The translations under genes and the position numbers were made by a program. From Actinomycetes bacterium (lineage in GTDB: Bacteria > Actinomycetota > Coriobacteriia > WRKU01 > WQUG01): a DNA stretch of 64,000 nt. Shown piece by piece: positions 10,750 through 20,006 of this stretch. Position 1 is the first letter of the stretch. Each line of letters begins with the position of its first letter. The stretch lies in NCBI GenBank assembly GCA_031272275.1, contig JAISUC010000021.1, forward strand, positions 7,490-71,489. The letters run 5' to 3'. The notes beneath the pieces were generated by a model that was given only the letters and a program-made list of their open reading frames with translations, was not told the DNA's origin and made no database searches.

Positions 10750-11769
10750 ATGTCACAGAGATTTTTCCGGGTGAAGTTTGCATCGGCGCTGCTGTGTGTG
10801 TGCGTGTGCGCCGCGGTGCCTGCATTGGCGGCTGCGGCAGAGCCGATCAAGCCGGGTGTCGTGGTGACCATCGCGACGAAAAGCGGCCTGAAAAAGGTCA
10901 AGGCCGGCGGCTTGTTGCCCGCCGAGCTCAAGGCGAAACTGGCGAAATACACGCTGAAAAAGGCGCCCTCGTACCTGTATTTCACCGAGCGTGACTACAC
11001 GAAAAAGGTCAAGACCGGGGACCTGAAGATGAAGCCGTCCGTGTCAAGTCTGGTGCAACAGGCATCCGTTGCGGCAACCGACACGGCCATCGGCGGCAAG
11101 TACGTGACGGCTGCCGCCGAAAAGAAACTGGCCAGCCGCATCAAGTCGCTGGCAAAGAAGGTCAAGGTCAAGGCGAAATCCGCAAAAGTCGCCGGCGGTG
11201 GCAAGGTCAAGAACCTGGGTGGCCGCACGCTGGATCAGGCAAAAGCACTGAAGGCGGCCGTAAAGGCGCTGAACAGTTACGGCACGGGCAAGGCGAAAAA
11301 GCCCAAGGTGTTGGCAGCGCCGATTATCCGGTCAAAGCCCAAGATGACCGGGCGCAGCGGCAAGGGCAAGGTGTTGGTGTCCACGCTGACCTCGCGGCGC
11401 GTGTACCTGTTCAAGGCTAACAAGCTGGTGGCGGAATACGGAATCTGCATCGGCATGCCGGGATATGCGACCCCGACCGGTACCTACCGGGTCGCACGGA
11501 AAGCCAAAAACCCCACCTGGCGCAATCCGGGTGCCGCCTGGTCACAGGGTATGGCGGAAAGCATCAGCGGTCCCTATGGTCCGTTGGGTAAACGCGCGCT
11601 GTACCTGACGAAGAACGGTCGCGACATCGGCATCCGTTTTCATGGGACCTACAAAAGCTACTCGATTGACAAGGCGCAGTCACACGGTTGCATGCGTCTA
11701 AAGAACGCAGACATCGTCAAGCTGTACCCGAAGGTACCGGTGGGTACCCTGGTCACGGTCGTCAAATAA
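10750..11769 (+). CDS. Secreted Lys-rich L,D-transpeptidase (YkuD domain) protein
   Basis: Signal peptide; K-rich linker; C-terminal YkuD catalytic motif SHGCMRL. Confidence 0.75.
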   Translation: MSQRFFRVKFASALLCVCVCAAVPALAAAAEPIKPGVVVTIATKSGLKKVKAGGLLPAELKAKLAKYTLKKAPSYLYFTERDYTKKVKTGDLKMKPSVSSLVQQASVAATDTAIGGKYVTAAAEKKLASRIKSLAKKVKVKAKSAKVAGGGKVKNLGGRTLDQAKALKAAVKALNSYGTGKAKKPKVLAAPIIRSKPKMTGRSGKGKVLVSTLTSRRVYLFKANKLVAEYGICIGMPGYATPTGTYRVARKAKNPTWRNPGAAWSQGMAESISGPYGPLGKRALYLTKNGRDIGIRFHGTYKSYSIDKAQSHGCMRLKNADIVKLYPKVPVGTLVTVVK

Positions 11770-11772
11770 CTC

Positions 11773-13059
11773 ATGGCGGTAAATCCGGTCACCGTTCCCG
11801 CAGGTTCGCGCGTCGTCGTGGTGGTATCCACCGGCGCTTTGGACGCCGATGCACTGCAGGCGATAGAAACAGACGACCTGACGATGCCCGATGTCTTGGG
11901 CATGAGCCAGGGGGCGGCGCTGGAAGCCGTCTCGCGCATTCGGCTGCGCCCGCGCGTGATATACGACTATCACGAGACCCTGCGCAAAGGCAGCGTTATG
12001 GCACAGCATCCGGCGTCGGGCACGCGCGTATCGCCCGACTTGGAGTCGCTGCTGCTGGTTTCCAGCGGGCCGTCCATCAATGAACGTGTCCCGGTGAACC
12101 TGCCGAATGTGGTGGGAATGAGTGAATCCGATGCGGCAGCCCGTCTGCGCGCGGCCGGCCTGTCCCCCCAGTTCGTGCACGAGAAATCCGCCACGGTACC
12201 GGCGGGCTTGGTATCGGCTCAGATACCGGACGAGGCGTCCCTGGCCGTGCGTCCCAAATCGCGCGGTTGGATCGCCTGGCTGCTGATTGCGCTGTTGGTA
12301 ATCGTGCTTGCGGTCTTCGGGATACCCTACCTCAGCCGCAGTTTCCGTTCACAAACGCCCGCGGACCAAGGCGTCACCCAGGTCAAGGTCCCCGATGTCG
12401 TGGGAAAGCAATTGGATGACGCGACCACAGCCATTCAGGACGCCGGGTTAAAGGTCGGAACGATTGTCTATGTGGAAGCCACGTCCGGCAAAAAGTCGGG
12501 TACTGTGACCGCCTCGACTCCGGCAGCGGGCCAATCGGTCGCCGCCGATTCTCCGGTGATTTTGGAGGTCGTCGGTAATGCGCCGGCCGATCAGCCCGAC
12601 AATGGGACGAAAGTGATCGAGGAAACCGCGACCGTCCCCGATGTGTCCGGTCTGACCGAAAAGGCCGCGCGCAAGGCCTTGGATGCAGCCGGTTTCAAGG
12701 TGTCGACGATCGACAGCCCGTCCGAAACGGTGAAGTCGGGCATGGTCATCACCCAGAGTCCTGCCGCCGGGGCTGCGGTCTCGCCCAAGAGCACGGTGGT
12801 TATCGTGCTGTCATCGGGGGCTCCGGCAGACCCCACCACTGTGGACGTGCCCGAGGTTGTGGGACTGCCCGTGGCTGACGCAACCCAGACCCTGCAGAAC
12901 TTGGGACTGGTGGTCAAGCTGACGCCCGATGGCGCGGCAGGAAACGTCACCGAGCAAGTACCCGCACAAGGCTCGACGGTACCCAAGGGCAGCGTCGTCA
13001 TCCTGACCGTCGCCGGCGACGACACAAACACCCCACCATCTACTGATACCCAGCAGTAA
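11773..13059 (+). CDS. PASTA-domain membrane protein (about four PASTA repeats, one TM helix)
   Basis: Repeated PDVxGxxxxxAxxxLxxAGL modules; TM segment GWIAWLLIALLVIVLAVFGIPYL; starts 4 nt after the Ldt stop. Confidence 0.7.
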   Translation: MAVNPVTVPAGSRVVVVVSTGALDADALQAIETDDLTMPDVLGMSQGAALEAVSRIRLRPRVIYDYHETLRKGSVMAQHPASGTRVSPDLESLLLVSSGPSINERVPVNLPNVVGMSESDAAARLRAAGLSPQFVHEKSATVPAGLVSAQIPDEASLAVRPKSRGWIAWLLIALLVIVLAVFGIPYLSRSFRSQTPADQGVTQVKVPDVVGKQLDDATTAIQDAGLKVGTIVYVEATSGKKSGTVTASTPAAGQSVAADSPVILEVVGNAPADQPDNGTKVIEETATVPDVSGLTEKAARKALDAAGFKVSTIDSPSETVKSGMVITQSPAAGAAVSPKSTVVIVLSSGAPADPTTVDVPEVVGLPVADATQTLQNLGLVVKLTPDGAAGNVTEQVPAQGSTVPKGSVVILTVAGDDTNTPPSTDTQQ

Positions 13060-13106
13060 TCATGTCCTCACCGGCACCGTTGACGGTCGCCGGTATACCG
13101 GTGGCT

Positions 13107-13204
13107 GTCATTCCGTGGGCGTCGTAGGCGGGCGCGGCAATCTACCGGCCGGGTTGCAATCCTCAAACGTCATTGCGAGCCCGCCGTAGGCGGGCGCGGC
13201 AATC
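13107..13204. repeat. Two copies of a REP-like palindromic element (GTCATTGCGAGC-core-GCGGCAATCC family)
   Basis: Copies at 13107-13143 and 13169-13204; the same family occurs at 24941-25075 and 27689-27757. Confidence 0.7.
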
Positions 13205-13246
13205 CGTCCGTTCGTGCAATCGCGTTGCTACCGCTGTCCGCGCCCT

Positions 13247-13255
13247 TGCTATAAT
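13247..13255 (+). promoter_or_regulatory. Extended -10 promoter TGCTATAAT placed 7 nt before the ispD ATG (leaderless)
   Basis: TGnTATAAT with no SD and the ATG at the expected TSS distance. Confidence 0.5.
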
Positions 13256-13262
13256 ATTTCCT

Positions 13263-14012
13263 ATGAAATTACTCGGAATAATAGCGGCAGGTGGTAGCGG
13301 TACCCGTTTGGGGCACGCGGGCGGCAAGCAGCTGCTGCCGCTGGCGGGTCGTCCCGTTGCGGCCTGGGCCGCCGATGCCTTGGCTCGCGCGTGTGCCATT
13401 GACGAGGTGGTCATCGTCTGTGACCCCGATCGCTTGGTGGACTACACCCAATCGATCCTGTCCGCATTGCAAACGGATAAACCGGTGACCTTCGTCGCCG
13501 GCGGCAACACACGCGCCGAATCGGTCGTCGCCGGCCTGTACGCGGCGCGCGAACTGGGTGCCGACTACGTCGCGATTCATGACGGTGCCCGCCCGCTGCT
13601 CGACCCGGCTGACACAGACGCGCTGGTCGCGGCTTTGCTCGATGCGCCTGCATATGCGGGTGCTGCACTGGCCTATCCCGTGACCGACACCATCAAATGC
13701 ATCGAACCTGTCACAGTGGCCGCACCCGGCAACCGCCACGCTGCGACGGTCACGCACACGGCGGATCGCAGCAGCTATTGGCAGGTGCAGACCCCCCAAC
13801 TGTTTGCGACCGACACGATAATCGACGCGTATGAAACCGCTGCTGCAAACGGTTTTTCCGGCACCGACGACGCATCATATGTCGAGGCGACCGGCGGCAC
13901 CATACTGCTGATACAGGGGCGGCGCAGCAACATCAAGGTCACCGAACCGGACGACCTGCTTGTGGTCGAGCCGCTGTTGCAGCAGCGCAATACCATGTGG
14001 AAGGCACGGTGA
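13263..14012 (+). CDS. ispD: 2-C-methyl-D-erythritol 4-phosphate cytidylyltransferase
   Basis: N-terminus MKLLGIIAAGGSGTRLG, the typical IspD glycine-rich CTP-binding loop; start chosen at the first ATG with homology. Confidence 0.85.
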   Translation: MKLLGIIAAGGSGTRLGHAGGKQLLPLAGRPVAAWAADALARACAIDEVVIVCDPDRLVDYTQSILSALQTDKPVTFVAGGNTRAESVVAGLYAARELGADYVAIHDGARPLLDPADTDALVAALLDAPAYAGAALAYPVTDTIKCIEPVTVAAPGNRHAATVTHTADRSSYWQVQTPQLFATDTIIDAYETAAANGFSGTDDASYVEATGGTILLIQGRRSNIKVTEPDDLLVVEPLLQQRNTMWKAR

Positions 14013-14019
14013 TGACAAA

Positions 14020-14508
14020 ATGAACCGCATCGGTCTGGGCTATGATGTGCACGCATTCGCCGACGCGGACGCCGGCCGCCCGTTGATCCTGGCCGGTGTC
14101 AACGTGCCGTACGCGCGCGGGCTTGCGGGCCATTCGGACGCCGATGTGGTGGCGCATGCGCTGGCAGACGCTTTGTTGGGGGCTGCCCGCGCGGGGGATA
14201 TCGGGGAGTATTTCCCCGACACTGATTCGACCTGGGCAGGCGCTGATTCTCTGGACCTGCTGGCGCGTGTGGCTGAAATTGTCCGCGAACGCGGGCTTGA
14301 ACCGGTGGACGCCGACATCGTCATTATCTGCGAACGACCGAAACTGGCACCTTACCGGGATGATATGCGCGCAAACCTGGCGCGGGCGATGGGGCTGGAT
14401 GTGTCCGCTGTCGGCCTGAAGGCGACGACGACCGAGCGGCTGGGTTTCACGGGGCGCGGCGAGGGGATTGCCGCCCAGGCGGTGGTGTTGGCACGATGTA
14501 GGTGTTAA
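14020..14508 (+). CDS. ispF: 2-C-methyl-D-erythritol 2,4-cyclodiphosphate synthase
   Basis: MNRIGLGYDVHAF...GHSDADVVAHAL, the IspF metal-binding motifs. Confidence 0.9.
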   Translation: MNRIGLGYDVHAFADADAGRPLILAGVNVPYARGLAGHSDADVVAHALADALLGAARAGDIGEYFPDTDSTWAGADSLDLLARVAEIVRERGLEPVDADIVIICERPKLAPYRDDMRANLARAMGLDVSAVGLKATTTERLGFTGRGEGIAAQAVVLARCRC

Positions 14509-14573
14509 GGGCGCGACGGGACGCGCTCCCCCTATTTATCAGCCATCACCGCTTGAGCGAAAGGAACACGACG

Positions 14574-15323
14574 ATGTTTACCACAATCAAAGACGCGGTC
14601 AGCGCCATCAAGGAACGCGATCCGGCCGCGACCAATACCCTGTCCGCACTGATTAACTACCCCGGGCTGCATGCGCTGCTGTTTCATCGCTGGCACCACT
14701 GGTTGCACGTACACGGGCTGCGGTTTTTGGCGCGCTGGGGCAGCCAGGTGGCGCGTTGGCTGACCGGCATCGAGATACACCCCGGCGCCACCATCGGCAG
14801 ACGCTTTTTCATCGACCACGGTATGGGCGTGGTGATCGGCGAGACCACGATTATCGGCGATGACGTGACGCTGTATCAGGGCGTGACGCTGGGCGGCACC
14901 GGCAAGGAAACCGGCAAGCGCCACCCGACGCTGCTGAACGGCGTGACGGTGGGGGTGGATGCGATTGTGCTGGGCGCCATCACGTTGGGCGAGCGCTGCA
15001 AAGTGGGTGGCGGTGCCGTGGTGGTCCATGACGTGCCTGCGGATTGCACCGTGGTGGGGATTCCGGCGCGTGCGGTGATACGTCGCAGTGCCGAGGAACG
15101 CGACCGGTTGCGCAGGACGCGGAACTTGGTCGCGCCCGAACTGCCGCACGAGGATTTGCCGGACCCGATCATCGACGTGTTCGCAACGTTGCTGGCGCGC
15201 ATCAAGCGGCTGGAAGGGCGCTGTGGCGTGCCGCTGGAACGCGACCCGGTGGACACGGAAAGCTACCTGTTCGAGATCGAGCAGATCGCAGACACCATGT
15301 TTCAGGACGGCGCCGGTATTTAG
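14574..15323 (+). CDS. cysE: Serine O-acetyltransferase
   Basis: SATase N-terminal domain plus hexapeptide repeats (GATIGRRFFIDHGMGVVIGETTIIGDDVTLYQGVTLGG); RBS AAAGGA. Confidence 0.85.
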   Translation: MFTTIKDAVSAIKERDPAATNTLSALINYPGLHALLFHRWHHWLHVHGLRFLARWGSQVARWLTGIEIHPGATIGRRFFIDHGMGVVIGETTIIGDDVTLYQGVTLGGTGKETGKRHPTLLNGVTVGVDAIVLGAITLGERCKVGGGAVVVHDVPADCTVVGIPARAVIRRSAEERDRLRRTRNLVAPELPHEDLPDPIIDVFATLLARIKRLEGRCGVPLERDPVDTESYLFEIEQIADTMFQDGAGI

Positions 15324-15348
15324 ACCTCGAGTAGACAGGAACGAATTT

Positions 15349-15391
15349 GAGCGAGTCAAAAAAAGCTGCAAAGCTTTTATTGATCTCGCTC
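15349..15391. repeat. 43-nt long hairpin element, copy 1 (GAGCGAGTCAAAAAAAGCTgcaAAGCTTTTATTGATCTCGCTC)
   Basis: Nested inverted repeat (outer GAGCGAG/CTCGCTC, inner AAAAGCT/AGCTTTT) inside the AT-rich cysE-cysS spacer. Confidence 0.6.
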
Positions 15392-15439
15392 ATATGGTCG
15401 AAACAGAAAGTACAGAAAAGTATTGTAGGTTCAGTGGGC

Positions 15440-15485
15440 GAGCGAGCCGAAAAAACCTGTGATAGGTTTTTATTGATCTCGCTCG
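15440..15485. repeat. Long hairpin element, copy 2 (GAGCGAGCCGAAAAAACCTgtgatAGGTTTTTATTGATCTCGCTCGC)
   Basis: Same architecture and flanks as copy 1. Confidence 0.6.
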
Positions 15486-15825
15486 CCTGCTGCAAGTTCA
15501 GCGACAGCGGAATTGTGATGTGGTCGATCAACGGGCGAGGTCGAGGAGTGTGAGTGGTTCTGCGAGGTAAGCGGGCTGTAGCCCGTGTCCGAGCACGGTT
15601 CCGAAACACGACAATGACATTCGCCCGTTCAGCGACCACATCCGATCACATAGGAAACGAGCCTCTTACTGAGGCCCGTTTCCCGACTGATGAGGGGAAC
15701 CCTGTTTATCGCCAAGCCGGTGCGTGCGACTTGACCCTTCGCGCACAGGATCCCATGCACCTAAATCGTAGCCGACATACCGCGCGTCAAAGGTTTTATC
15801 CTATACATCCCCCCGAATAATCCTT

Positions 15826-15834
15826 GCTATACTA
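15826..15834 (+). promoter_or_regulatory. Extended -10 promoter TGCTATACT placed 5 nt before the cysS ATG (leaderless)
   Basis: Shares CCTTGCTATAMT with the ispD promoter; no SD. Confidence 0.5.
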
Positions 15835-15839
15835 CGGAT

Positions 15840-17402
15840 ATGAAGATTTACAATACCATGACCCGCACAAAGGAAACCTTCGTACCGCGCGAGCCCGGGC
15901 GCGTCGCAATGTACGTCTGTGGACCGACCGTCTACAACTACATTCACATCGGTAACGCGCGCACATTCCTGTCCTTCGACGTGATTCGCCGCTACCTGAC
16001 TTGGCGCGGTTTTCAGGTGACCTTCATCCAAAATATCACCGATGTCGACGACAAAATCATCCGCCGCGCCGCCGAAGAGGCGCGCGAACCGTCCCAGGTG
16101 GCTGACGACTATACTCGCGCCTTCATCGACGAGATGCGCGCGCTGGGGGTTGCCGACCCCACGATTCGCCCCTTTGCGACGGCGATGATTCCGGCGATGA
16201 TCGACATGATCCGGCGCCTGATCGACACCGACCACGCTTACGTGGCCGGCGATCGTGACGACAGCGCGGACACCGACGGTTCCGCACCCGACAGCCCCGC
16301 TGCCCCCGCCGGCGACGTGTATTTTTCCGTGCGCTCATTTCCCGATTACGGCAAGCTGTCCGGCCGCAACGTCGACGAACTCCGCCATGGCGCGCGCATC
16401 GCGGTCGACGAACGCAAACGCGACCCGCTGGATTTCGCCCTGTGGAAAGCCGCAAAGCCCGGCGAACCGGCCTGGAACAGCCCCTGGGGCCCGGGACGTC
16501 CCGGCTGGCACATCGAATGTTCCGCCATGTCGGCAGACGAACTGGGCCTGCCCTTTGACATCCACGGCGGCGGCGTGGACCTGATATTCCCGCACCACGA
16601 AAACGAAATCGCCCAATCCGAGGCCGCGACCGGAACCCGCATGGCAAACTACTGGCTGCACGGCGGCATGCTGCAAACCGGCGGCGAAAAAATGAGCAAA
16701 TCCCTGGGCAACTTCCTGCTGCTGCACGACGTGCTGGAACGCTATGAACCGGCCGTCATCCGCCTGTTGATGCTGCAAACGCACTACCGCAGCCCCATCG
16801 AGTTCTCCGACGAACGCCTACAGGAAACCCGCAGCACCTTGGATCGCATCCGCGGCTTCCTGGACCGCGCGCGCAGGACACAGACAATAGGGCGGGGGAG
16901 CACGTCCCGCACCGACGATTTGAGTGCGGCTGTTACCGCGGCCCGCGACAAGTTCGTGACCGAAATGGACGACGACTTTAACGCGGCCGGTGCCCTGGCG
17001 GCTCTGTTCGAGTTGATACGGTACGGCAACCGGTATCTGGATGCGCTGCAGACAGCGGGCGATACCGGTGATACGGCTGATGCAGGCGACGACGGTGCCA
17101 CCGCCACCGACGCAAGCGCCGCCGCACCCGCCACCGACGCTCCCGACACGGCGCTGCAATCCGTCACCGACACTTTGGTCGAACTGCTGGATGTCTTAGG
17201 CATTGACCCGACGCCACCGGCAGACACTGCCGCAGACGCCCCCGATGCGCAGGCGCAACAGCTGCTGGAACAGCGCAGCGCCGCACGTGCCGCCAAAGAT
17301 TGGGCGCGTGCCGATGCGATTCGCGACGACCTGGACGCACGGGGCTACACCATCGAAGACACCGCGGCAGGCCCCCGCCTGGTCCGCAAACAACCGGCGT
17401 AA
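15840..17402 (+). CDS. cysS: Cysteine--tRNA ligase
   Basis: [17 protein letters not shown] (HIGH) and KMSKS; Asp/Ala/Thr-rich low-complexity insert and tail. Confidence 0.95.
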   Translation: MKIYNTMTRTKETFVPREPGRVAMYVCGPTVYNYIHIGNARTFLSFDVIRRYLTWRGFQVTFIQNITDVDDKIIRRAAEEAREPSQVADDYTRAFIDEMRALGVADPTIRPFATAMIPAMIDMIRRLIDTDHAYVAGDRDDSADTDGSAPDSPAAPAGDVYFSVRSFPDYGKLSGRNVDELRHGARIAVDERKRDPLDFALWKAAKPGEPAWNSPWGPGRPGWHIECSAMSADELGLPFDIHGGGVDLIFPHHENEIAQSEAATGTRMANYWLHGGMLQTGGEKMSKSLGNFLLLHDVLERYEPAVIRLLMLQTHYRSPIEFSDERLQETRSTLDRIRGFLDRARRTQTIGRGSTSRTDDLSAAVTAARDKFVTEMDDDFNAAGALAALFELIRYGNRYLDALQTAGDTGDTADAGDDGATATDASAAAPATDAPDTALQSVTDTLVELLDVLGIDPTPPADTAADAPDAQAQQLLEQRSAARAAKDWARADAIRDDLDARGYTIEDTAAGPRLVRKQPA

Positions 17403-17418
17403 ACTCGCCTGCGCACCT

Positions 17419-18150
17419 ATGTATCTGGAAGGAAAAAACGCCGTACTGGAAGCCCTTCGGGCAGGCACCCCCTTGCAGCAACTGTTGCTGTTCGACGGCG
17501 CGCGCCCGGACGGTGCCCTGAACGAAATCGTCCGCCGCGCCGGACAGGCGTCTGTTCCGGTCACCCGTATGTCGCGCCGCAAACTGGACGAGCTCAGCGA
17601 ACGCGGCAAACACCAGGGCGTGATGGCACAGGTCGCACCGTTCGAATACACTCCGCTGCCGCGTATTCTGGATGCGGTCGATACCGTGGCAAACGCCCTC
17701 ATTATCGTGCTGGATCACGTGGTCGATCCGGTCAATGTCGGTGCCATCGCCCGTACGGCCGAGGTCGTGGGCGCCGCCGCCCTGGTCATCGCCGATCGTC
17801 GGGCGGCCGCCATCACGCCTGCGGCGCACAAAGCCGCAGCCGGTGCCTTGAACCATCTGCCTGTCGCGCGCGTCACCAACATCACGCGCGTCATCGAACA
17901 ATTGCAACAGGCGGGATTCTGGGTCGCGGGTGCCGACGGCAGCGCCGACACACTTGCCTGGGATGCCGCACTGACCGGAAAAATCGCCCTGGTCATGGGC
18001 TCCGAGGGCACGGGACTGGCGCGTTTGGTGCGTGAACGCTGTGACTTTCTGGTGAAACTGCCCCAGCACGGCAGGATCGGGTCGTTGAATGTCTCCCAGG
18101 CGACCTGTGCGTTGGCATACGAATGGCTGCGTCAGAACCGTGTGACCTGA
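17419..18150 (+). CDS. rlmB: TrmH-family 23S rRNA (Gm2251) 2'-O-methyltransferase
   Basis: SpoU_sub_bind plus SpoU methylase motifs (LDHVVDPVNVGAIARTAEVVGA...LVMGSEGTGL). Confidence 0.8.
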   Translation: MYLEGKNAVLEALRAGTPLQQLLLFDGARPDGALNEIVRRAGQASVPVTRMSRRKLDELSERGKHQGVMAQVAPFEYTPLPRILDAVDTVANALIIVLDHVVDPVNVGAIARTAEVVGAAALVIADRRAAAITPAAHKAAAGALNHLPVARVTNITRVIEQLQQAGFWVAGADGSADTLAWDAALTGKIALVMGSEGTGLARLVRERCDFLVKLPQHGRIGSLNVSQATCALAYEWLRQNRVT

Positions 18151-18214
18151 TGGGACGCACTCCCCCATATGTGCGTGATGCAGGCACACATCGCCACCTA
18201 CACGGGGAATCCTG

Positions 18215-18727
18215 ATGGCACGCAGCCACCTGATAATCGACGGCTACAACGTTATTTTCCAAGCGGAACCCTATGCCGCATTCGCTCGCGACGGGCAATG
18301 GGACCGCGCCCGCGATGCGCTGATATCAGACGTCGCAAGCTACGTGCGCCCCGGTTTTCGGGTGACGGTGGTGTTCGACGGGACGACCAACCCGCGCCCT
18401 GTGCGCGAACCACAGCGTATGTTGGGGGTCACAGTGCTCTTTTCCGCGCACGGACAGACGGCCGACGCGGTCATCGAGCGGCTGGCTCAGGAATCGCGCG
18501 GACGCGGGGATGCGGTCGAGGTCGTGACCGGCGACGCCATCGTGCAATGGACCGCGCTGGGACCGGGCGTCGTACGCCGCAGCGTGCGCGAGTTCATCGA
18601 CCAGCTGCAACACGGCTATGGGGACTGGGAGCGCGAACGCGATGCGCCCGCGAAACGCTCGACCTTGGAAACCCGCGTCAGCCCCGCCGCGCGTGACCTG
18701 CTGCGCCGCATCCGCGAGGGTGACTGA
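18215..18727 (+). CDS. NYN-domain (YacP-like) ribonuclease
   Basis: MARSHLIIDGYNVIF...VVFDG, the YacP/Rae1-like NYN signature; conserved position after rlmB. Confidence 0.8.
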   Translation: MARSHLIIDGYNVIFQAEPYAAFARDGQWDRARDALISDVASYVRPGFRVTVVFDGTTNPRPVREPQRMLGVTVLFSAHGQTADAVIERLAQESRGRGDAVEVVTGDAIVQWTALGPGVVRRSVREFIDQLQHGYGDWERERDAPAKRSTLETRVSPAARDLLRRIREGD

Positions 18728-18779
18728 GCGAACACGAACCGAACGCGCGCCTCATCACCCCACGTCTCGGCGCCGCACC

Positions 18780-19856
18780 TCACCCCACGCCCAAGCGGTA
18801 TTCCGTCCGTGTCGTGAACGGGCGCTCGGGTGTCAACGTGCACTGCGGAAAGCCGGGGTGGTTCGGGGCATCCGGCCAAAACTGCGTCTCCAGACAAAAA
18901 GCCGAATGCGGGGCGTAAAACTCCCCCTGTTTACCCGGACGTACGGTATCGCCCCGGTTGAACGTGTACAGTTGCAGACCCGGCAGGTCGGTATAGACCT
19001 CCAGCACGCGCCCGGTGTTGGGCTCGTATGCCATCGCGACCTGCCGAAAGCCCTCGCCGTTCAGGCAATAGTTCTGGTCGTAGCCGCCACAGGCGACCAG
19101 CAGCGCATCATCGGCCATGATGTCGCGCCCGATGGCTTTGCAGCGGCGGAAATCATAGGCACCGCCGGCAACCGCGCCCACGTCCGCCAGCTCGCCGGTG
19201 GGAATCAGATCCGTGTCGACGACCGTCAGATATTCCGCGTTGATTTCAAGCATCGTGTCCAGCACCGTATGCGCCGCATCCCCCGACAGGTTGAAAAACG
19301 CGTGATTGGTCGGGTTAAAGGGACAGTATTCATCGCATATCGCGCGGTAATCGATCCGCAGCGTCACCGCTTCCTCGTCGTCACCGGGCGGCAACAGGCT
19401 ATAGGTGACCTCGACGCGCATCGTTCCGGGAAAATAGCTCTCGCCATCCGGCGACACATAGCTGAAGCACACGGCCGGCGCGTCCCCGTCGCGCACCGAT
19501 TCGACCTCGAACAACACCTGGTGAAAGCCCTCATTCCCGCCGTGCAGATTGTGCGCCCCGTCGTTGCGGTCCAGCCGATAGACGGCACCGCCCGCCGGCA
19601 TCAGCGCGTTGCCGATGCGATTCGCAAACCGCCCGATGCACGCGCCCTGATAGTCTGCGCCCAGGTAGCCCGCCAAGTCGGCGCGCCCCAACACAATGTC
19701 GGCGCACACCCCGTCACGGTCCGGCGCCGTCAGTCCGATCACGCGCGCCCCGTACGCGATTACCTCCAGCGTCACATCCCCGCAGCGCAACGCGAACGCC
19801 CGCACCGCCCGCCCGTCGGGCAACGTCCCGAACTGCCGCTCATGTATCTGCGCCAT
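18780..19856 (-). CDS. Aldose 1-epimerase (galactose mutarotase) family protein
   Basis: 358 aa; motifs GGYDQNYCL, HSAFCLETQ, NLHGGNEGF typical of the aldose epimerase fold. Confidence 0.85.
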   Translation of the reverse strand: MAQIHERQFGTLPDGRAVRAFALRCGDVTLEVIAYGARVIGLTAPDRDGVCADIVLGRADLAGYLGADYQGACIGRFANRIGNALMPAGGAVYRLDRNDGAHNLHGGNEGFHQVLFEVESVRDGDAPAVCFSYVSPDGESYFPGTMRVEVTYSLLPPGDDEEAVTLRIDYRAICDEYCPFNPTNHAFFNLSGDAAHTVLDTMLEINAEYLTVVDTDLIPTGELADVGAVAGGAYDFRRCKAIGRDIMADDALLVACGGYDQNYCLNGEGFRQVAMAYEPNTGRVLEVYTDLPGLQLYTFNRGDTVRPGKQGEFYAPHSAFCLETQFWPDAPNHPGFPQCTLTPERPFTTRTEYRLGVG

Positions 19857-20006
19857 CGCTCCTCCTCAATCCCCGTCCGGAAATGCCCCGAATCGGATGG
19901 ACTCACGGCAAACCCAATCTCGCTTTGCCACCTGCTCGTATTGTACAATTGCCATTCTGCACGCAACGCAATTCAGGTAACCCGGAAGCAGGGGGAGTAC
20001 GTCCCA

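Noticed and set aside
15560-15839. T-box leader for cysS
   Set aside because: No GGUGGNACCGCG T-box sequence and no specifier/antiterminator arrangement is recognisable.
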